Of a stretch of 24,000 nt of DNA, positions 23,200 to 24,000 are shown piece by piece (position 1 is the stretch's first letter; each line of letters starts with the position of its first letter). Source of the DNA: Pusillimonas sp. ANT_WB101 (GTDB lineage Bacteria > Pseudomonadota > Gammaproteobacteria > Burkholderiales > Burkholderiaceae_B); the NCBI RefSeq assembly GCF_008369125.1, contig NZ_VOAY01000001.1:1475545-1499544 (forward strand), given 5' to 3'. The translations under genes and the position numbers were made by a program. Below the pieces are notes generated by a model, which made no database searches, was not told where the DNA came from, and was given only the letters and a program-made list of their open reading frames with translations.

Positions 23200-24000
23200 C
23201 TAGAATTTAATTGGCAATTCTTTGCTTGTTTCAGCTTCAGACATCGCTGCGCCCTGTTTTTGTGCCGAGAGACGTACTCGTTGCCCTTCGGCCAGGTCGA
23301 CCGATGTCGACACCCAGTCACCGTCCTGTAATCCCGATGTAATTTCTGTCATGGCTCCACCCTGCAAGCCAAGAGAAACCTGCACCTGCTGCGCAACACC
23401 TTGGCGTACCCGCCAGACACTGGCCTGCGAGCCTTGTTTGTTGAATAACGCGTCATTTGGGAGCGCCAGTGCCTGTTGTCGTCGCCCCGTTTCGATGGTG
23501 GCCGTTACGGTTAAATCGTCGCGTAGATAATCGGGAATCTCTTCCATAGACAAATGAACATCCACTGTGCCACGTTGCGCGTCTACAGAAGGTGCAATTC
23601 GATGCACTACAGCATGAAACTCTTGTAACGGATAGGCATCGGCAATACAAACCGCCATCTGACCTAGCCTAAGCAAACCAAGATTGCGCTCGTCGACGGG
23701 AACCAACAGCTCAACATCATCGTCACGCGCAATTTCGAGCAGCACTCTTCCTGGCTGCACCAAGTCACCGGGTTCGACGTTGCGGGTCAGAATTACCCCA
23801 GGAAACTGGGCTTGCAATACAGTCTTGGATAAGGCGGCCTGGGCTGCGTCTACCCGAGCCTGAATTAAAGCGTCCTCGCTTTCTCCTGCCCCAAGCGATG
23901 CCACCTCAACACGCGCCTGTTCAGCCGCAGCCAATGCAATAGCCAATGCCTGATCAGCCCTTTCTTTTTCTTCTCGCGGCATTGCGTTGGACGCCAACAA
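23200..24000 (-). CDS. HlyD-family / efflux periplasmic adaptor (membrane fusion protein), N-terminus beyond right window edge
   Basis: Open to the window edge. A coiled-coil segment (EEKERADQALAIALAAAEQARVE) is followed by beta-barrel motifs (GVILTRNVEPGDLVQPGRVLLEIA, VDVHL...VTATIETG...ALALPNDALF). It is the first gene of an adaptor-permease-ATPase operon. Confidence 0.85.
   Translation of the reverse strand: MLASNAMPREEKERADQALAIALAAAEQARVEVASLGAGESEDALIQARVDAAQAALSKTVLQAQFPGVILTRNVEPGDLVQPGRVLLEIARDDDVELLVPVDERNLGLLRLGQMAVCIADAYPLQEFHAVVHRIAPSVDAQRGTVDVHLSMEEIPDYLRDDLTVTATIETGRRQQALALPNDALFNKQGSQASVWRVRQGVAQQVQVSLGLQGGAMTEITSGLQDGDWVSTSVDLAEGQRVRLSAQKQGAAMSEAETSKELPIKF

Noticed and set aside
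1-24000. Mobile-element explanation for the curli duplication (IS elements, integrase, inverted terminal repeats, tRNA attachment site)
   Set aside because: No transposase-like or integrase-like ORF, tRNA gene or terminal inverted repeats were seen anywhere in the window. The duplication looks like a simple tandem segmental event.

Overview
This looks like a Gram-negative (proteobacterial-type) chromosomal segment with roughly 50% GC by eye. I saw no rRNA, tRNA, CRISPR array, transposase or integrase. Almost everything from 4.5 kb onward is on the minus strand.

Layout, left to right:
1. The tail of an ABC importer: a partial permease that is missing from the ORF track, plus a substrate-binding protein.
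2. A divergent YfcH/TIGR01777-type epimerase.
3. A perfect (CCTTG)x14 microsatellite.
4. A small secreted HEAT-like protein.
5. A tightly coupled four-gene envelope operon of unknown function. It encodes a small secreted protein, a secreted beta-rich protein, a bitopic membrane protein, and a secreted trypsin-like protease with a discoidin-like C-terminal domain.
6. A 1161-aa nuclease-helicase fusion (PD-(D/E)XK, RNase-H-like and SF1 helicase modules).
7. The most striking part: two complete curli (functional amyloid) loci in head-to-tail tandem. Each is one co-directional csgE-F-G-B-A operon with its own terminator. There is no csgD. The CsgA-like subunits are very long (about 390 aa, about 30 strand units). 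Just downstream sits a single CsgC-like ORF that has no signal peptide.
8. A compound hepta/octanucleotide microsatellite.
9. A DevBCA/MacAB-like tripartite ABC exporter (adaptor, FtsX-type permease, ATPase) that runs off the right edge.

All homology statements are by-eye motif recognition and need profile or structure searches to confirm.
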